A stretch of 64,000 nt of DNA from an uncultured Spirochaetota bacterium (lineage in GTDB: Bacteria > Spirochaetota > Spirochaetia > SZUA-6 > Fen-1364). Every line of letters starts with the position of its first letter. Positions within the stretch are counted from its first letter, which is position 1. The translations under genes were made by a program, and so were the position numbers. Of this stretch, positions 19,416 to 31,259 are shown in pieces. The stretch is from positions 160,001-224,000 of the forward strand of contig CAVTHO010000006.1 of assembly GCA_963734545.1 (NCBI GenBank), written 5' to 3'. The notes beneath the pieces are model-generated. The model made no database searches, was not told the origin of the DNA, and saw only the letters and a program-made list of their open reading frames with translations.

Positions 19416-21991
19416 ATGATGCAGACAGATGCCTTGCTGAAGATCGAACACGTCTCGAAGTCCTTCTACGGCGTCAAGGCGCTCAAGGACGTCTCGTTCG
19501 ACGTCTTCAAGGGCGAGATCGTCGGGCTGCTCGGGGCGAACGGCGCGGGAAAGAGCACCCTGCTGAAGATCGTCGGCGGGATCCTCAGGAACGACGAGGG
19601 AAGCGTGCTCCTCGAGGGCACGGAGCTCTCCGGGATCAACCCCCACACGCGCCCAGCAGAAGGGCATCATCAGCGTCTACCAGGAGCTCAACCTGTTCTC
19701 CCACATGACCGTGGCCGAAAACCTCGTCATCGGAAAGGAGCACAAGACACCGGGCCGGCACGATCAGCTGGCAGCGCAACCGCCGCCAGGCAGCAGCAGA
19801 TACTCGCGGATCTGGGCCTCGACATCAGGGCCGATGCGGTGGTCTCTTCGCTCAGCGTGGCCCAGCAGCACCTGGTCGAGATCGCCCGCGCGCTGCATGC
19901 GGAGCCGAAGCTGCTGCTCCTGGACGAGCCGACCGCGTCACTCTCCGACACCGAAATCCAGTGGCTGTTCTCCCGGGTCAGGGCATCTGGTGGGAAAGGG
20001 CACGACGGTCCTGTATGTGTCGCATCGCCTGGAAGAGGTGACCAACCTGTGCGACCGCTGCGTCATTCTCCGCGACGGATCACTCGCGCAGGAGCTGGCA
20101 GGATCCTTCGACATCGCCACGATCGTCCGCCACATGATCGGGCACAGCGTCGAGCTGGGCACCGCGTCCGGGAGACAGCTCGAAGGGCGACATCGTCTTC
20201 GAATGCCGGAACCTGCAGGCACCGCCGAAGGTGAGGGATGTCAGCTTCAGCGTCCGCAGGGGCGAGATCCTGGGGATCGCGGGCCTGGTCGGCGCCGGGC
20301 GGACCGAGCTCCTCCGCGCCATCTTCGGCATCGACGAGTCGTCCGGCGGCACGGTGAGCCTCAACGGCAGGGAGCTCACGCGGCGGAGCCCGCGGACCGC
20401 GATCGCGCACGGCATCGTGCTCGTCCCCGAGGACAGGAAGCAGCGAAGGGCTTTTCCTCGGGGAGAACGTGCGCTTCAACATCGCGGCCTCGACGATGGA
20501 CTCCCGCGTGAAGGCCGGGCTGATCGACGCCCGCGCGGAGAAGCGGGCGGTCCTGAAGGGCGCGGAAGACGTGCTCCTCGACGCCGGCCGCCTCGAGCAC
20601 CAGGTGAAGCTGCTGAGCGGCGGCAACCAGCAGAAGGCGATCATCGCGAAGGCTCTCCTCGTCGACGCGGACCTGATGCTCCTGGACGAGCCGACGCGCG
20701 GCGTCGACATCGGCGCGCGGGAAGAGATCTACCAGGTCATCAGGAAGCTCGCGGAGAAGGGAAAAACCATCGTCCTGGTCTCCTCCGACTGGGACGAGCT
20801 GATCGCGCTCTGCGACAGGATGCTGGTCATGGCGGAAGGCAGGATCACGGGCGAGCTCTCCGGCGCGGAGATCACGCAGGAGAGGATCATGCACCTCTCC
20901 AGCATCGCCCACGTCACCCAGGCGAATGCGGGCGGAGGCGGCGCCGCCTCCCTGCGGGAGAGGCTCCACCGGATTTTCCGAGGCGCGCGGGCGGCGCCCC
21001 AGAGCCCCGCGAAGGCCACCGGCAGGTGGAACCTCGTCGGCAGGCTCGGGGCGTACTCGCGGGGCAGCAACACGACCATGCTCGCCCTCATTCTCCTCGC
21101 GTTCGTGGTGATCGGGCTCTCCCTGCACCCGTCCTTCCGGACCTGGATCAACACGCGCAACCTGATGAGCCAGGCCATGCCGTTCTTCCTGCTCACCCTC
21201 GGCCAGCTCGTCGTGATCATCGCCGGCGGCCTCGACCTTTCCGTCGGCGCCCTGGTCGCCTCGTCGAGCGTCCTCGGCATGACGATCATGCTGCAGAACC
21301 CGGACAACGTCCTGGCTCGGCGTAGCCGCGATGGTCGGGCTGGCCCTCGCTGGTGGGCGCGATCAATGGGCTGCTCGTGGTCAAGGCGAACATCGACTCC
21401 TTCGTCGCGACGCTCGGCATGTCGATCGTGCTGGAAGGCCTCGCTCTGGTCATCACGCCGAAACCCATCGCCCCTGCGCCGAGGATCCTCCGCACCATTG
21501 CGCACACGGATGTGCTGGGCATCCCCTACACGCTGATCATCATCGTGGTCGTCATCGTGCTGTTCGCGATACTGCTGAAGTACACTGCCCTGGGAAGGCG
21601 ATTCTTCGCGGTGGGTGAAAACGCCACGGGCTCCTTCTGGGCGGGACTGCCCGTGGTCAGCACGAAGTTCATATCCTTCATCATCTGCTCGTTCATGGCG
21701 GTGCTCACCGCGCTCTTCATGCTCGGACGCACCGGCGCGGGCGATCCCGTACTGGGCCCGGGGCTGGAGCTGGATTCCATCGCCTGCGCGCTCATTGGGG
21801 GAGCCACACTGGCAGGAGGAAAAGGCAGTCTCGCGGGAGCCGTGTGCGGCGTGCTCGTGCTGACGATTCTCTCCAATATTTTCAGCCTGATGGATGTGAA
21901 CCTCTGGTACCAGGAAGTGGTCAGGGGCGTCCTGCTGCTCGGGATCATCATCTCCTACGAGCGGCGGGTGCACAGGATGGCGGCGGCGTGA
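19416..21991 (+). CDS. Sugar ABC transporter: tandem ATPase (RbsA-like) apparently fused to a permease (RbsC-like); several frameshifts
   Basis: [43 protein letters not shown]; second NBD runs in frame (ORF 20469-21536) into GGLDLSVG permease; [12 protein letters not shown]. Confidence 0.82.
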
Positions 21992-22950
21992 TGCAGGTAC
22001 GCGCGCTCGCCTCCGGCAGGCTCAGGGTCAACCAGCACAACAGCGTCTATCTCATCATGTTCGTGGTGTGCCTGGCGACCTGGCTCTACAAGCCCGCTTT
22101 CCTGAGCTCGACCAACATCCTGAGCATGCTCCGCCAGGCGTCCGCCCTCGGCGTGCTCACCGCGGGCCAGCTCTTCGTCATCATCGCCGGTGGTGTCGAC
22201 CTCTCCGTCGCGGCGACGATGCAGATGGCCATCGTGATCTACACCCGAGGCTTCAACCTCTACGGGGCGTGGGGGCTCGCGGGCGGCATCGGGCTCGCAC
22301 TGGTCGTCGGCGCCGCGATGGGCATCGTCAATGGCGTGATCGTGACCAGGTTCCGCGTGCAGCCCTTCCTGGCGACCCTTTTTACGGGAAGCATCCTCAC
22401 CGGAATCCGGCAGATCGTCACCGGGATCAGCTCGGCTGGCGTGATTCCTGATCCCATCAGGTTCCTCGGCAGGGACACGACGGCGCTCGTCCCCAATGCG
22501 GTGCTCGTTTTCCTCATCGTCACGGTCGTCTGCCTTGTCATCTTCAACAGGACCGTGTTCGGAAGGCAGCTGGTCGCCGTGGGCACGAACAAGCGCGCAG
22601 CGATATTCTCGGGCATCGACGCCGACCGGACGGTGATCAAGAGCTACTGCGCCAGCGGAGTACTCGCTGTGCTGTCGTCGATGCTTCTGTCGGGCTATAC
22701 CGGGTACGCGGATATGTGGCTGGGCTCGGGGTTCGAGTTCAGCTGCCTGGTCGCGGCGGTCATCGGCGGCAACTATCTCGGAGGCGGTCGGGGCTCCATG
22801 CTCGGCGCGGTGGGCGGGGTCCTGGTGACCACGCTGATCCTCAACGCGGTCCTGCTGTTCGGACTGGACATCGCCTACCAGTACATCGCCAAGGGCGTGG
22901 TCCTCGTTGCGGCGACGCTCGCGGGCGCGCTTGCCATCAAGAGAGCGTGA
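21991..22950 (+). CDS. Sugar ABC transporter permease
   Basis: GGVDLSV, PFLATL, TVFGRQLVAVGTN, AAVIGG…GGRGS. Confidence 0.92.
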   Translation: MQVRALASGRLRVNQHNSVYLIMFVVCLATWLYKPAFLSSTNILSMLRQASALGVLTAGQLFVIIAGGVDLSVAATMQMAIVIYTRGFNLYGAWGLAGGIGLALVVGAAMGIVNGVIVTRFRVQPFLATLFTGSILTGIRQIVTGISSAGVIPDPIRFLGRDTTALVPNAVLVFLIVTVVCLVIFNRTVFGRQLVAVGTNKRAAIFSGIDADRTVIKSYCASGVLAVLSSMLLSGYTGYADMWLGSGFEFSCLVAAVIGGNYLGGGRGSMLGAVGGVLVTTLILNAVLLFGLDIAYQYIAKGVVLVAATLAGALAIKRA

Positions 22951-22964
22951 TGAAGGAGAAGACC

Positions 22965-24212
22965 ATGGCAACTGACAACCTGCTTCTGACGAGCATCAAG
23001 GTGGGGAACAAGACGGCGTCCAACAGGATCGCCATCAATGCGATGGAATGCTGCGACGCGGACACCAACGGCAACCCGACCGACACGGCGTTCCGGCGCT
23101 ACGACCGGCTCGCCCGCGGGAACGCGGGAGTCATCATCGTGGAAGCCCTCTCCGTGGTGGACGAGAACCGCGGGAGACTCCACCAGCTCACCGCACTGCC
23201 CCAGAACCAGAAGGGGCTTACCGACCTCGTGTCAGCAATGAGGAAGGCCAATCCCAGGCCCCTCATCCTCTGGCAGCTCACGCATTCCGGCGAGCTGTCC
23301 AGCCCCGAGTTCTCCGAGCGGGTCTGCGTGAAGCCCTTTCCCGGGTATGAAGGACGGCTCCTCACGGAGGAGGAGGTTGACGAGATACTCGAGAGGTTCG
23401 TATTCGCCGCGAAGATGGCGAGTGACTGCGGCGCCGACGGGGTCGACTTCAAGCTCTGCCACGGCTATCTCGGTTCCCAGCTCGTGCGGCCCTTCAATGA
23501 CAGGAAGTGGAAGTACGGCGGATCGTGGGCCAACCGCACGCGATTCGCCTACGAGTTCTATGAGCGCGTCTCGAAGGAAGTGAAGAACAAGGACTTCATC
23601 CTCGGCTCGAAGATCTCCGCGTGGGAAGGTCTGCCGGGCGGCATGGGATCGGCGGGACCGGACACACCGATCATCGACCTGACCGAGGTGCTGGACCTCG
23701 TGAAGGGCCTGGAGGCGCGCGGCGCGAAGTACATCATCCAGTCAGCCGGCAATCCTTCGCTGACGCTCGCCCTGACGCAGCCGGACAAGAAGATCCCCGA
23801 CTATTCCTACCTGCACTTCTGGTTCCAGAAGGAGTTCAGGAAGGCCATGAAGAAGGAGACCGTGCTGATCGGCTCCGCGTACTCCCTGTTCCGCGACGGA
23901 AAGAACAGCTTCCGCGGCGTGAAGCGGGAGGAGTCTTCGCTGGAGTACTGGGGCAACAAGAACATCCGCGACGGCGTCTGCGACATGGTGGCCCTGGGCC
24001 GCCAGTCCCTCGCGGACCCTCTGCTGCCTTCGAAGCTGGAGCAGGGCAAGGCGAAAGAGGTCAAGTGGTGCACCGGCTGCGACAATTGCATCGAGTTCCT
24101 GATCCGGCAGAGGCCGGTGGGATGCTCGACGCACGAGCGGGAGTACACTCTGGAATTGAAAGAGATTCGCCGCGCGCAAGGCGCCCTGGCTGAATCAGAA
24201 AAGCACACGTAG
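22965..24212 (+). CDS. NADH:flavin oxidoreductase (Old Yellow Enzyme family) with C-terminal Cys motif
   Basis: NRIAINAME, QLTHSG, GADGVDFKLCHGYLGSQ, YGGSWANRTRF, LGRQSLADP, CTGCDNC. Confidence 0.88.
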   Translation: MATDNLLLTSIKVGNKTASNRIAINAMECCDADTNGNPTDTAFRRYDRLARGNAGVIIVEALSVVDENRGRLHQLTALPQNQKGLTDLVSAMRKANPRPLILWQLTHSGELSSPEFSERVCVKPFPGYEGRLLTEEEVDEILERFVFAAKMASDCGADGVDFKLCHGYLGSQLVRPFNDRKWKYGGSWANRTRFAYEFYERVSKEVKNKDFILGSKISAWEGLPGGMGSAGPDTPIIDLTEVLDLVKGLEARGAKYIIQSAGNPSLTLALTQPDKKIPDYSYLHFWFQKEFRKAMKKETVLIGSAYSLFRDGKNSFRGVKREESSLEYWGNKNIRDGVCDMVALGRQSLADPLLPSKLEQGKAKEVKWCTGCDNCIEFLIRQRPVGCSTHEREYTLELKEIRRAQGALAESEKHT

Positions 24213-24287
24213 TCATGGATGACGAGGCCCGACGAGTACAAGGATGTACGAAAGGAGGGCCGTAGCCATGGATGAGGGGAGGATTGC

Positions 24288-25148
24288 ATGAAGATCGGGA
24301 TCGACAGCTATTGCTACCATCGGTTTTTCGGGGACGTGTACCCGCAGCAGAAACAGCCGCCCGCGCAGCTGAGCCTGGAATGGTTCCTCAAGCGCGCGAA
24401 GGATCTGAAGGTGGACGGAGTTGCGGTCGAGCCGCCCCTCATTTCCCGGCTGGACGCCAGCTACCTGAGCGAAGTCAGGGGCATGCTGGACGAGTACAAG
24501 CTGGACCGGGTCTATGCATGGGGGCACCCCGACGGCCTGGAGGGAGGACGCTCCGAAAAGGCTTTCGCGGACATGATGAAGAGCCTGGACTACGCGGCCG
24601 CGATCGGCGCCAAGGTCATGCGCGTCTGCGGCGCCAGCCTCATGTTCCGCAACGAGCCGCACGGCCCGATGCTGGAGAAGCTCGCGCGGCAGTTCTCCGA
24701 GGCGGTGAAGGAAGCGGCGAAGCGCGACATCCGTATCGCGGACGAGAACCATATCGACTTCAACTCGGATGAAATGCTCGCGCTCATCAAGGCCGTGAAC
24801 TCACCCTATTTCGGGATAAACTTCGACACGGGCAACTTCATGAGGGTGCTCGACGACCCGATCAAGGGCATGCAGAAGCTGGCGAAGTACACCTTCTCCA
24901 CCCACGTGAAGGACCTGAAACCCAACAAGCAGGCCTCGGTGGATGACTGGTTCTTCTTCTCCTCCACGCCGGTCGGGGACGGGCTGGTGGACAACCAGAA
25001 GCTCGCGCAGCTTCTCAAGGACGCGAACTACCAGGGATTCCTGGCGGTGGAGATCGACTTCCTCCATCCCGACTACAAGCTGGAGGAGGACAAGGCAGTG
25101 GCCGCCAGCATCAGGGAGCTGCGCCGCATCGCCAACAGCCTGAAATAG
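24288..25148 (+). CDS. Sugar phosphate isomerase/epimerase (TIM barrel)
   Basis: ADENH, GINFDTGN, THVKD, PVGDGLVD, LAVEID. Confidence 0.9.
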   Translation: MKIGIDSYCYHRFFGDVYPQQKQPPAQLSLEWFLKRAKDLKVDGVAVEPPLISRLDASYLSEVRGMLDEYKLDRVYAWGHPDGLEGGRSEKAFADMMKSLDYAAAIGAKVMRVCGASLMFRNEPHGPMLEKLARQFSEAVKEAAKRDIRIADENHIDFNSDEMLALIKAVNSPYFGINFDTGNFMRVLDDPIKGMQKLAKYTFSTHVKDLKPNKQASVDDWFFFSSTPVGDGLVDNQKLAQLLKDANYQGFLAVEIDFLHPDYKLEEDKAVAASIRELRRIANSLK

Positions 25149-25159
25149 GAGGAACGGCA

Positions 25160-26317
25160 ATGAAGAAGCTGAATGTCGGCATCGTCGGATACAAGTTCAT
25201 GGGCAAGGCCCACTCGAACGCGTGGAAGAAGGCCCCGCTGTTCTTCGACTTGAAGGTGCAGCCCGTGCTGAAGGTGGCCTGCGGCCGGCACGCCGATTCG
25301 TTGAAGGCGTTCGCCGACCGGTGGGGCTGGGAGCAGACAGAGAGCGACTGGAAGAAGATGGTGCACCGCGACGACGTGGACATCGTGGACATCAGCGCGC
25401 CCCAGTACCTCCACTACGATATCGCAATGGAGGCGGCGCGAGCGGGGAAGCATATCTTCTGCGAGAAGCCCCTGGCAATGAACCTCGCGCAGGCAAAAGA
25501 GATGTACGAGCTGGCCGAAAAGAAGGGTGTCACGCACTACATCAATCACAACTACCGGCGCTGTCCGGCGGTGCGCCTCGCGAAAAAGCTCATCGACGAG
25601 GGCAGAATCGGCCGGATCTATCACTGGCGCGGCTGCTACCTGCAATCCTGGATCCTCGACCCGAGCTTCCCCCTCACATGGCACCTGCAGAAACAGTTCG
25701 CCGGTTCGGGGCCGATGGGGGACCTGAACTCGCACAGCGTGGACCTGGCGCGCTACCTGGTGGGGGACATCAAGAAGGTGAGCGGCATGACGGCGCATTT
25801 CATCACGGAGAGGCCTCTGCCCGACGAAGCAGCCTCCGGCACGTTCAGCGGAAAGGTGAAGGGCGCAGAGAAGGGCAAGGTGACCGTCGAGGACGCCGCG
25901 TTCATGACCGTGGAGTTCGCCAACGGCGCGCTGGGATCATTCGAGGCCACCCGGTTCGCTCCCGGCCGCAAGAACTACAACTACTTCGAGATCTACGGCA
26001 GCAAGGGAAGCATCATCTTCGACCTGGAGCGGATGAACGAGCTGCAATTCTATTCGAACGAGGACCCGGCCAACGCGCAGGGCTTCCGCACCATCCTGGT
26101 CACCGAGGGCGTGCACGACTATATCTCCAACTGGTGGCCGCCCGGACATATCATCGGCTACGAGCACGAGTTCGTGCACGCGGTCGCGGACTTCCTCACC
26201 GCGGTGGACACGAAGACGAAGATCGAGCCGAACTTCTACGACGGCATGAAGGGGATGGAAGTACTGGAGGCGGGTCTGCGCTCCGCGGAGACGGGGAAGG
26301 TCGTGGAGCTCCCATGA
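25160..26317 (+). CDS. Gfo/Idh/MocA oxidoreductase
   Basis: VGYKFMGKAH, HIFCEKPLA, HNYRR, GDLNSHSVD, WWPPGHIIGYEH. Confidence 0.92.
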   Translation: MKKLNVGIVGYKFMGKAHSNAWKKAPLFFDLKVQPVLKVACGRHADSLKAFADRWGWEQTESDWKKMVHRDDVDIVDISAPQYLHYDIAMEAARAGKHIFCEKPLAMNLAQAKEMYELAEKKGVTHYINHNYRRCPAVRLAKKLIDEGRIGRIYHWRGCYLQSWILDPSFPLTWHLQKQFAGSGPMGDLNSHSVDLARYLVGDIKKVSGMTAHFITERPLPDEAASGTFSGKVKGAEKGKVTVEDAAFMTVEFANGALGSFEATRFAPGRKNYNYFEIYGSKGSIIFDLERMNELQFYSNEDPANAQGFRTILVTEGVHDYISNWWPPGHIIGYEHEFVHAVADFLTAVDTKTKIEPNFYDGMKGMEVLEAGLRSAETGKVVELP

Positions 26318-27635
26318 AGGCGACACTCGTTCCCGTGCATTTCAGATCGGGGATGGATGAGGAGTTCAAGAAGCACCTCGCCATCGTGAAGGACCTCCTT
26401 TCCGAGGACGCGGAGGTCCTTTCCCCCGTCGCGTTGGGGGCGCGGCTGCCCGCGGCGGACGCCGTCGTGTTCCCCCAGCTCATCGGGGATGCCTTTTCCC
26501 AGCTCGCCGCGCTGAAGAAGATCACCTGTCCCGTGCTCGTGCTCACCTCCGATTTCGGAACGGTCAACATGTGGGACTGGGAGATCGTGACCTTCATGCA
26601 GTCCCTGGGCATGAAAGCGTTCACGCCGTACGACCTGGAGCAGACGCGCAGGATCTGCCGCGCGCTGGCCCTGAAGCGCGAGATGAACGAGGTGAAGTTC
26701 CTCGTCTTCCAGGACAGGCCCGGGATCGGCGGCGAGCAGCCGGAGATCTTCCAGCGGTTCTGGTGGTGGGAGGACAGGAGCGCGGAGCTGATCAGGGAGA
26801 AGTTCGGCATCCGGATCGTGAAGAAGAGCTTCAAGACTCTCGCCGAGCAGGCGAAGAAGATCGACAACGCGCAGGCGCAGGCAATCCTGAAAGACAGGCC
26901 TGTGCCGTTGCAGGGGTTGGGGGAGCGGCCGCTCAGCTCGGCGCTCAAGCTGTACCTCGCGGTGAAGCGCGAGGTCGAAGAGGACCCCTCGATCCAGGGC
27001 GCCGGCATCAACTGCCTCAACGAATCCGCGTTCTCCGACACCACGCCCTGCCTCGCATGGGACCTGCTCTACCAGGACCGCAGGCTCATCTGGGCCTGCG
27101 AGGCGGACACCCTTTCCCTGCTCACGATGTTCCTCCTGGAGCGCTCGCTCCGCGCGCCGATCATGATGAGCAACCTCTACCCGTTCCTCATGGGGGGCGC
27201 GGCGCTCAAGCACGAGAAGATCGACAAGTTCCCCGACGTGCCGGAGCCGGAGAACCACCTGCTGATGGTGCACTGCGGCTTCTTCGGCGTGGTGCCGCGG
27301 CCCTTCTGCGACTCGTGGACGCTCGCGCCCAAGGTGCTCGCCATCGTGGACGAAAACGCGCACGCCATGGACGCGCGCATGGCGGACGGGCCCGATGACG
27401 CTGGCCAAGCTGCACCCCGAGCTTTCGAGCATGCAGGTGATCGAGGGGGAGCTGGAGGGCTACGTCGCAGTATCCGGGCTCGGACTGCCGCAACGGCGCG
27501 CTGCTGAAGGTGAGGGACGGCCACGCGCTCATGAAGGCCTTCTATTCGCATCACTATTGCCTCATGACGGGACAACAGGCGGTGGACATCGAGAACGTCG
27601 CGCGCGTGATGAACGTGGGGGTGGATGTGCTGTGA
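26314..27635 (+). CDS. Uncharacterised protein, possibly L-fucose/L-arabinose-isomerase-like; frameshifts near 3' end
   Basis: GINCLNE…PCL…WACEAD, MVHCG, TLAKL, SHHY; ATGA overlap with upstream gene. Confidence 0.6.
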
Positions 27636-27667
27636 TGCCGCACCGACGTATTCGTCCGCGATTTTGT

Positions 27668-27696
27668 TTGACAACGACACGCGTGCGCGATATTCT
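27668..27696 (+). promoter_or_regulatory. sigma70 promoter of the second ABC operon
   Basis: TTGACA 27668-27673, 17 bp, TATTCT 27691-27696. Confidence 0.65.
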
Positions 27697-27711
27697 GCGA
27701 GGGCTTTGCCT

Positions 27712-29194
27712 ATGACTATCCTCAGCATGACGGGAATCAGCAAGAGCTTCTACGGCGTCGAGGTCCTGCACAAGGTCGATTTCTCCGTGGACAAGGGCGA
27801 GATCATGGGTCTCTGCGGGGAGAACGGGGCGGGCAAGTCGACGCTGATGAAGATCCTGTCCGGAATATACGCCGCAGGACGCGGGAGACATCGTCTTCAA
27901 GGGCAACGTCATCCGGCGCAATGCCACCCCCCTGGAGATGCAGCGCATGGGCGTTTCCATGATCCACCAGGAGCTGAATCTTCTCAACGAGCTCACCGTG
28001 GCCCAGAACATCTTCCTGTGCCGGGAACCCCGGGACGCCTCGGGACTGATCAACTTCGGCAAGATGAACGAGGACGCTGCCCGGATCCTGGCAAAGCTCG
28101 GTGAGAAGATAGATCCGAAGCGCAAGGTACGCGAGCTGAAGATCGCGCAGAAGCAGATGGTGGAGATCGCCAAGGCAATTTCCTTCAATGTCGAGCTTCT
28201 CGTCATGGACGAGCCGACCTCCGCCCTGACCGGCAGGGAAACGAAGATCCTTTTCGACCTCATCTCCAATTTGAGCGCGCAGGGGATCGCCGTCGTCTTC
28301 ATCTCGCATCGACTGAAGGAGATATCCGACGTGTGCCACAAGGTGACCGTGCTGCGGGACGGCTATTTCGTGGCCACCAAGAATGTCTCCGAGGTGACGA
28401 CAAAGCAGATCGCCACCCTGATGGTGGGACGGGACGTGCAGGAATCACAAGCGTCCAATTTCGCCGGGGACCCGGACGCGGTCGTGCTGGAAGTGAAGGA
28501 CGTCTCGGACGACCTGCTGAAGGGCGTCGACTTCAAGGTGCGCAGGGGCGAGATCCTTGGATTCAGCGGGCTGATCGGGGCGGGCAGAAGCGAGCTGATG
28601 GAGGTCATCTTCGGTATTCGCAAGCCGCGCACGGGGTTCGTGTTCATCGAAGGAAAACCTGTCACCATCAGGAGCGCGATAGACGCAATCAAGGCCGACC
28701 TCGGATTCGTGACGGAAGACCGAAAGGAGACGGGGCTCGTCCTGTGCCGTGACATCACCGACAACGCGAATTATGTCACCTGGCTGAAGACGAGCGGGCT
28801 GTTCAAGGGCGGGAAGGCATCGGCGGCCAGTGCCCGGAAGATGATCGACCGGCTGGGGATACGCTGCAGCAGCCCTGCGCAGAATGTGAGCAACCTTTCC
28901 GGCGGCAACCAGCAGAAAGTGGCGCTGTCAAAGTGGCTCTTGTCCGGTGCCCAGGTGCTCGTTCTGGACGAGCCCACGCGCGGTGTCGACGTGGGCGCGC
29001 GGCAGGAAATCTACCAGATCATCAGGGAGCTGGCGGCGGAAGGCGTGGCCATCATCATCGTTTCCTCCGACCTGCCGGAGATCCTTAGCATCTGCGAGCG
29101 GGTCATCGTCATGCACGAGGGGAGAATCACGGGAACCCTCCTGGCCTCAGAGCTGAACGAAGCCAAGGTCATGTACTACGCGACAGACGTGTAA
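27712..29194 (+). CDS. Sugar ABC transporter ATP-binding protein (RbsA/MglA-like); frameshift near 27875
   Basis: [42 protein letters not shown]. Confidence 0.92.
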
Positions 29195-29207
29195 GCGGGA
29201 GAAGATC

Positions 29208-30198
29208 ATGCAAGCCTTGGAAATACGATCGGACAACCGCGCACTGGACCTTCTCAAGAGCATCTGGCGCAACTACAGCGTCCTGGTGGTGTTTGTCGCC
29301 ATCATCGGCATCTGCGGGATTGTCGCCCCGCGATTCCTGAATCCGGACAACCTCCTGAACATCCTGCGCAACACCTCGACAGTCGGCGCCATTGCCCTGG
29401 GCATGACATTCGTCATCATCGCGGGCGGAATAGACCTGTCCAGCGGTCCGGTCATGGCGACCGCCGGCGCCGTGCTCATCCTTCTGCAGAGGATGGTGAG
29501 CGCCGACGGCTCGCCGGCCATGCCGCTGTTTGTGCCTGTCCTTGCATGCCTCGCGGTGGCGACATCGTTCGGCTTCCTGAACGGGATCATCATCACCAAG
29601 GCGAAGCTCCCGCCCTTCATCGTCACCCTGGCGGTCGGCATCATGGCCCGTTCCCTGGTCATGTATTTCATGCGCGGAGCCACCGTCATGGGGAACAACA
29701 TTCCCCAGTTCACCGGCATCGGCAACGGCTCGGTGTTCTCCATCCCCATTCCCTTCATCCTTGTGCGTGGGGGTGGCTATCATCTTCCATATCCTTCTCA
29801 CACGGACGAAGTTCGGCACCTATGTCTTTGCGGTGGGCGGCAATGAGAACGCGGCGCGCTACTCGGGAATCAAGGTGGACCGGATACGGATTGCCACCTA
29901 CATGATCGTGGGGTTGTGCACGGGCATGGCGGCGACAATCGAGATGTCGCGTATGGCGGCCGTGGCGGCGGCCACTTCCGGCAGCCAGTACGAGTTCGAG
30001 GCCATTACCGCCGTTATCGTCGGCGGGACGTCCCTCAGCGGCGGCAAGGGACGGCTCATCGGAAGTATTGTTGGCTTCATCATCCTGGGGATAGTCAACA
30101 ATATGATGATCATGCTCAATATATCGCCCTATCTCTCCGGGGCCGTGAAGGGTGCGGTTATTCTCTTCGCGGTGCTCATGCAGAGACGGGAGCGGTAA
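29208..30198 (+). CDS. Sugar ABC transporter permease; frameshift near 29765
   Basis: GMTFVIIAGGIDLS, PPFIVTL, AVGGNENAARYSGI, EFEAITAVIVGGTSLSGGKG. Confidence 0.92.
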
Positions 30199-30229
30199 TG
30201 AGAACAAATCTTTTTCAAGGAGGAGCGTA

Positions 30230-31190
30230 ATGAAAAGACGTGTTCTGATGCTGGTGGTGGCACTCGTGCTGCTGCCGGCCCTCGTGGTCTTTGCGAGCGG
30301 GACAGGAGAAGGCAAGGCGGGCGGAAAGGCCTTCCGCATCGCGGTGTCGCTGCCGCCGGCGAACAACGCCTGGCAGGCGAAGATGCTCGACTCGGTCAAC
30401 GCCGAAGTGGCGAAGGACACGACGAACTTCGAGATCACCGTGAAGAACGCCGTCGACGACGCCGACCAGCTCAACCAGATGACGACGTTCAAGGCCGGCG
30501 GCTACGACATGATCCTGTGCCTCCCGGGCAACGGGACGCTCATGACCCCGATCTGCCAGGACATCTTCAAGTCCGGCACCAAGCTGCTGATCATTGACCG
30601 CCCCATCGAGGGCGACCAGTACACCACCTTCTACGGCGGTGACAACGCCCAGTGCGGCCGCAACGCGGCAAAGTACATCGGCGACCGTCTGAAGGGCACG
30701 GGACAGATTGCCATCCTCAGGAGCTACGTGGGGATCCCCATCGACCTCCAGCGCTACAATGGCTTCATGGAGGTGCTGAAGAAGGACTACCCGGGCATCA
30801 AGGTCGCTGGTCGAGGGCGACGGTGAGTTCAACCAGGAGGCGGGCCTGAAGGCAATGTCCAACATCCTGCCCGCCTACCCCAAGATCGACGCGATCTACT
30901 CCCAGGACGACGAGTCCGCAGTCGGCGCCCTGACTGCGATCAAGAACGCAAAGCGCACCGACATCCAGTTCGTGACGGGCATGGGCGGCTCGAAATCGGC
31001 CTTTGCCCGGATGACTGCCAAAGATCCCCTCTACGGCGCATCTATGTCGTATCTCCCCACCATGGGAGGACGCGCGCTTGCGATGGCGAAGCAGATCCTG
31101 CAGGGCAAAAAGTTCCCGAAGGACAACATTGAGCCGACGATTGTCGTTACGGCGGACAATGTCAGCAAGTACATGGACGAGGGATACTAA
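30230..31190 (+). CDS. Sugar ABC transporter substrate-binding protein; frameshift near 30810
   Basis: Signal …LVVFASGTGE; PPANNAW, IIDR, GGDN, YSQDDE; AGGAGG SD. Confidence 0.88.
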
Positions 31191-31213
31191 GCAATAACGT
31201 CGAATCCGACGCG

Positions 31214-31251
31214 GCGGGAGAGGGGCACCTGCCCTTCTCCCGCGCTTCTTT
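31214..31251. terminator. Stem-loop terminator between convergent genes
   Basis: GCGGGAGAGGGGCA-CC-TGCCCTTCTCCCGC followed by GCTTCTTT. Confidence 0.6.
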
Positions 31252-31259
31252 CAGAATGT

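Noticed and set aside
25222-27507. 761-aa ORF
   Set aside because: The 5' half is an alternative frame of the Gfo/Idh/MocA gene; the real protein starts at 26314
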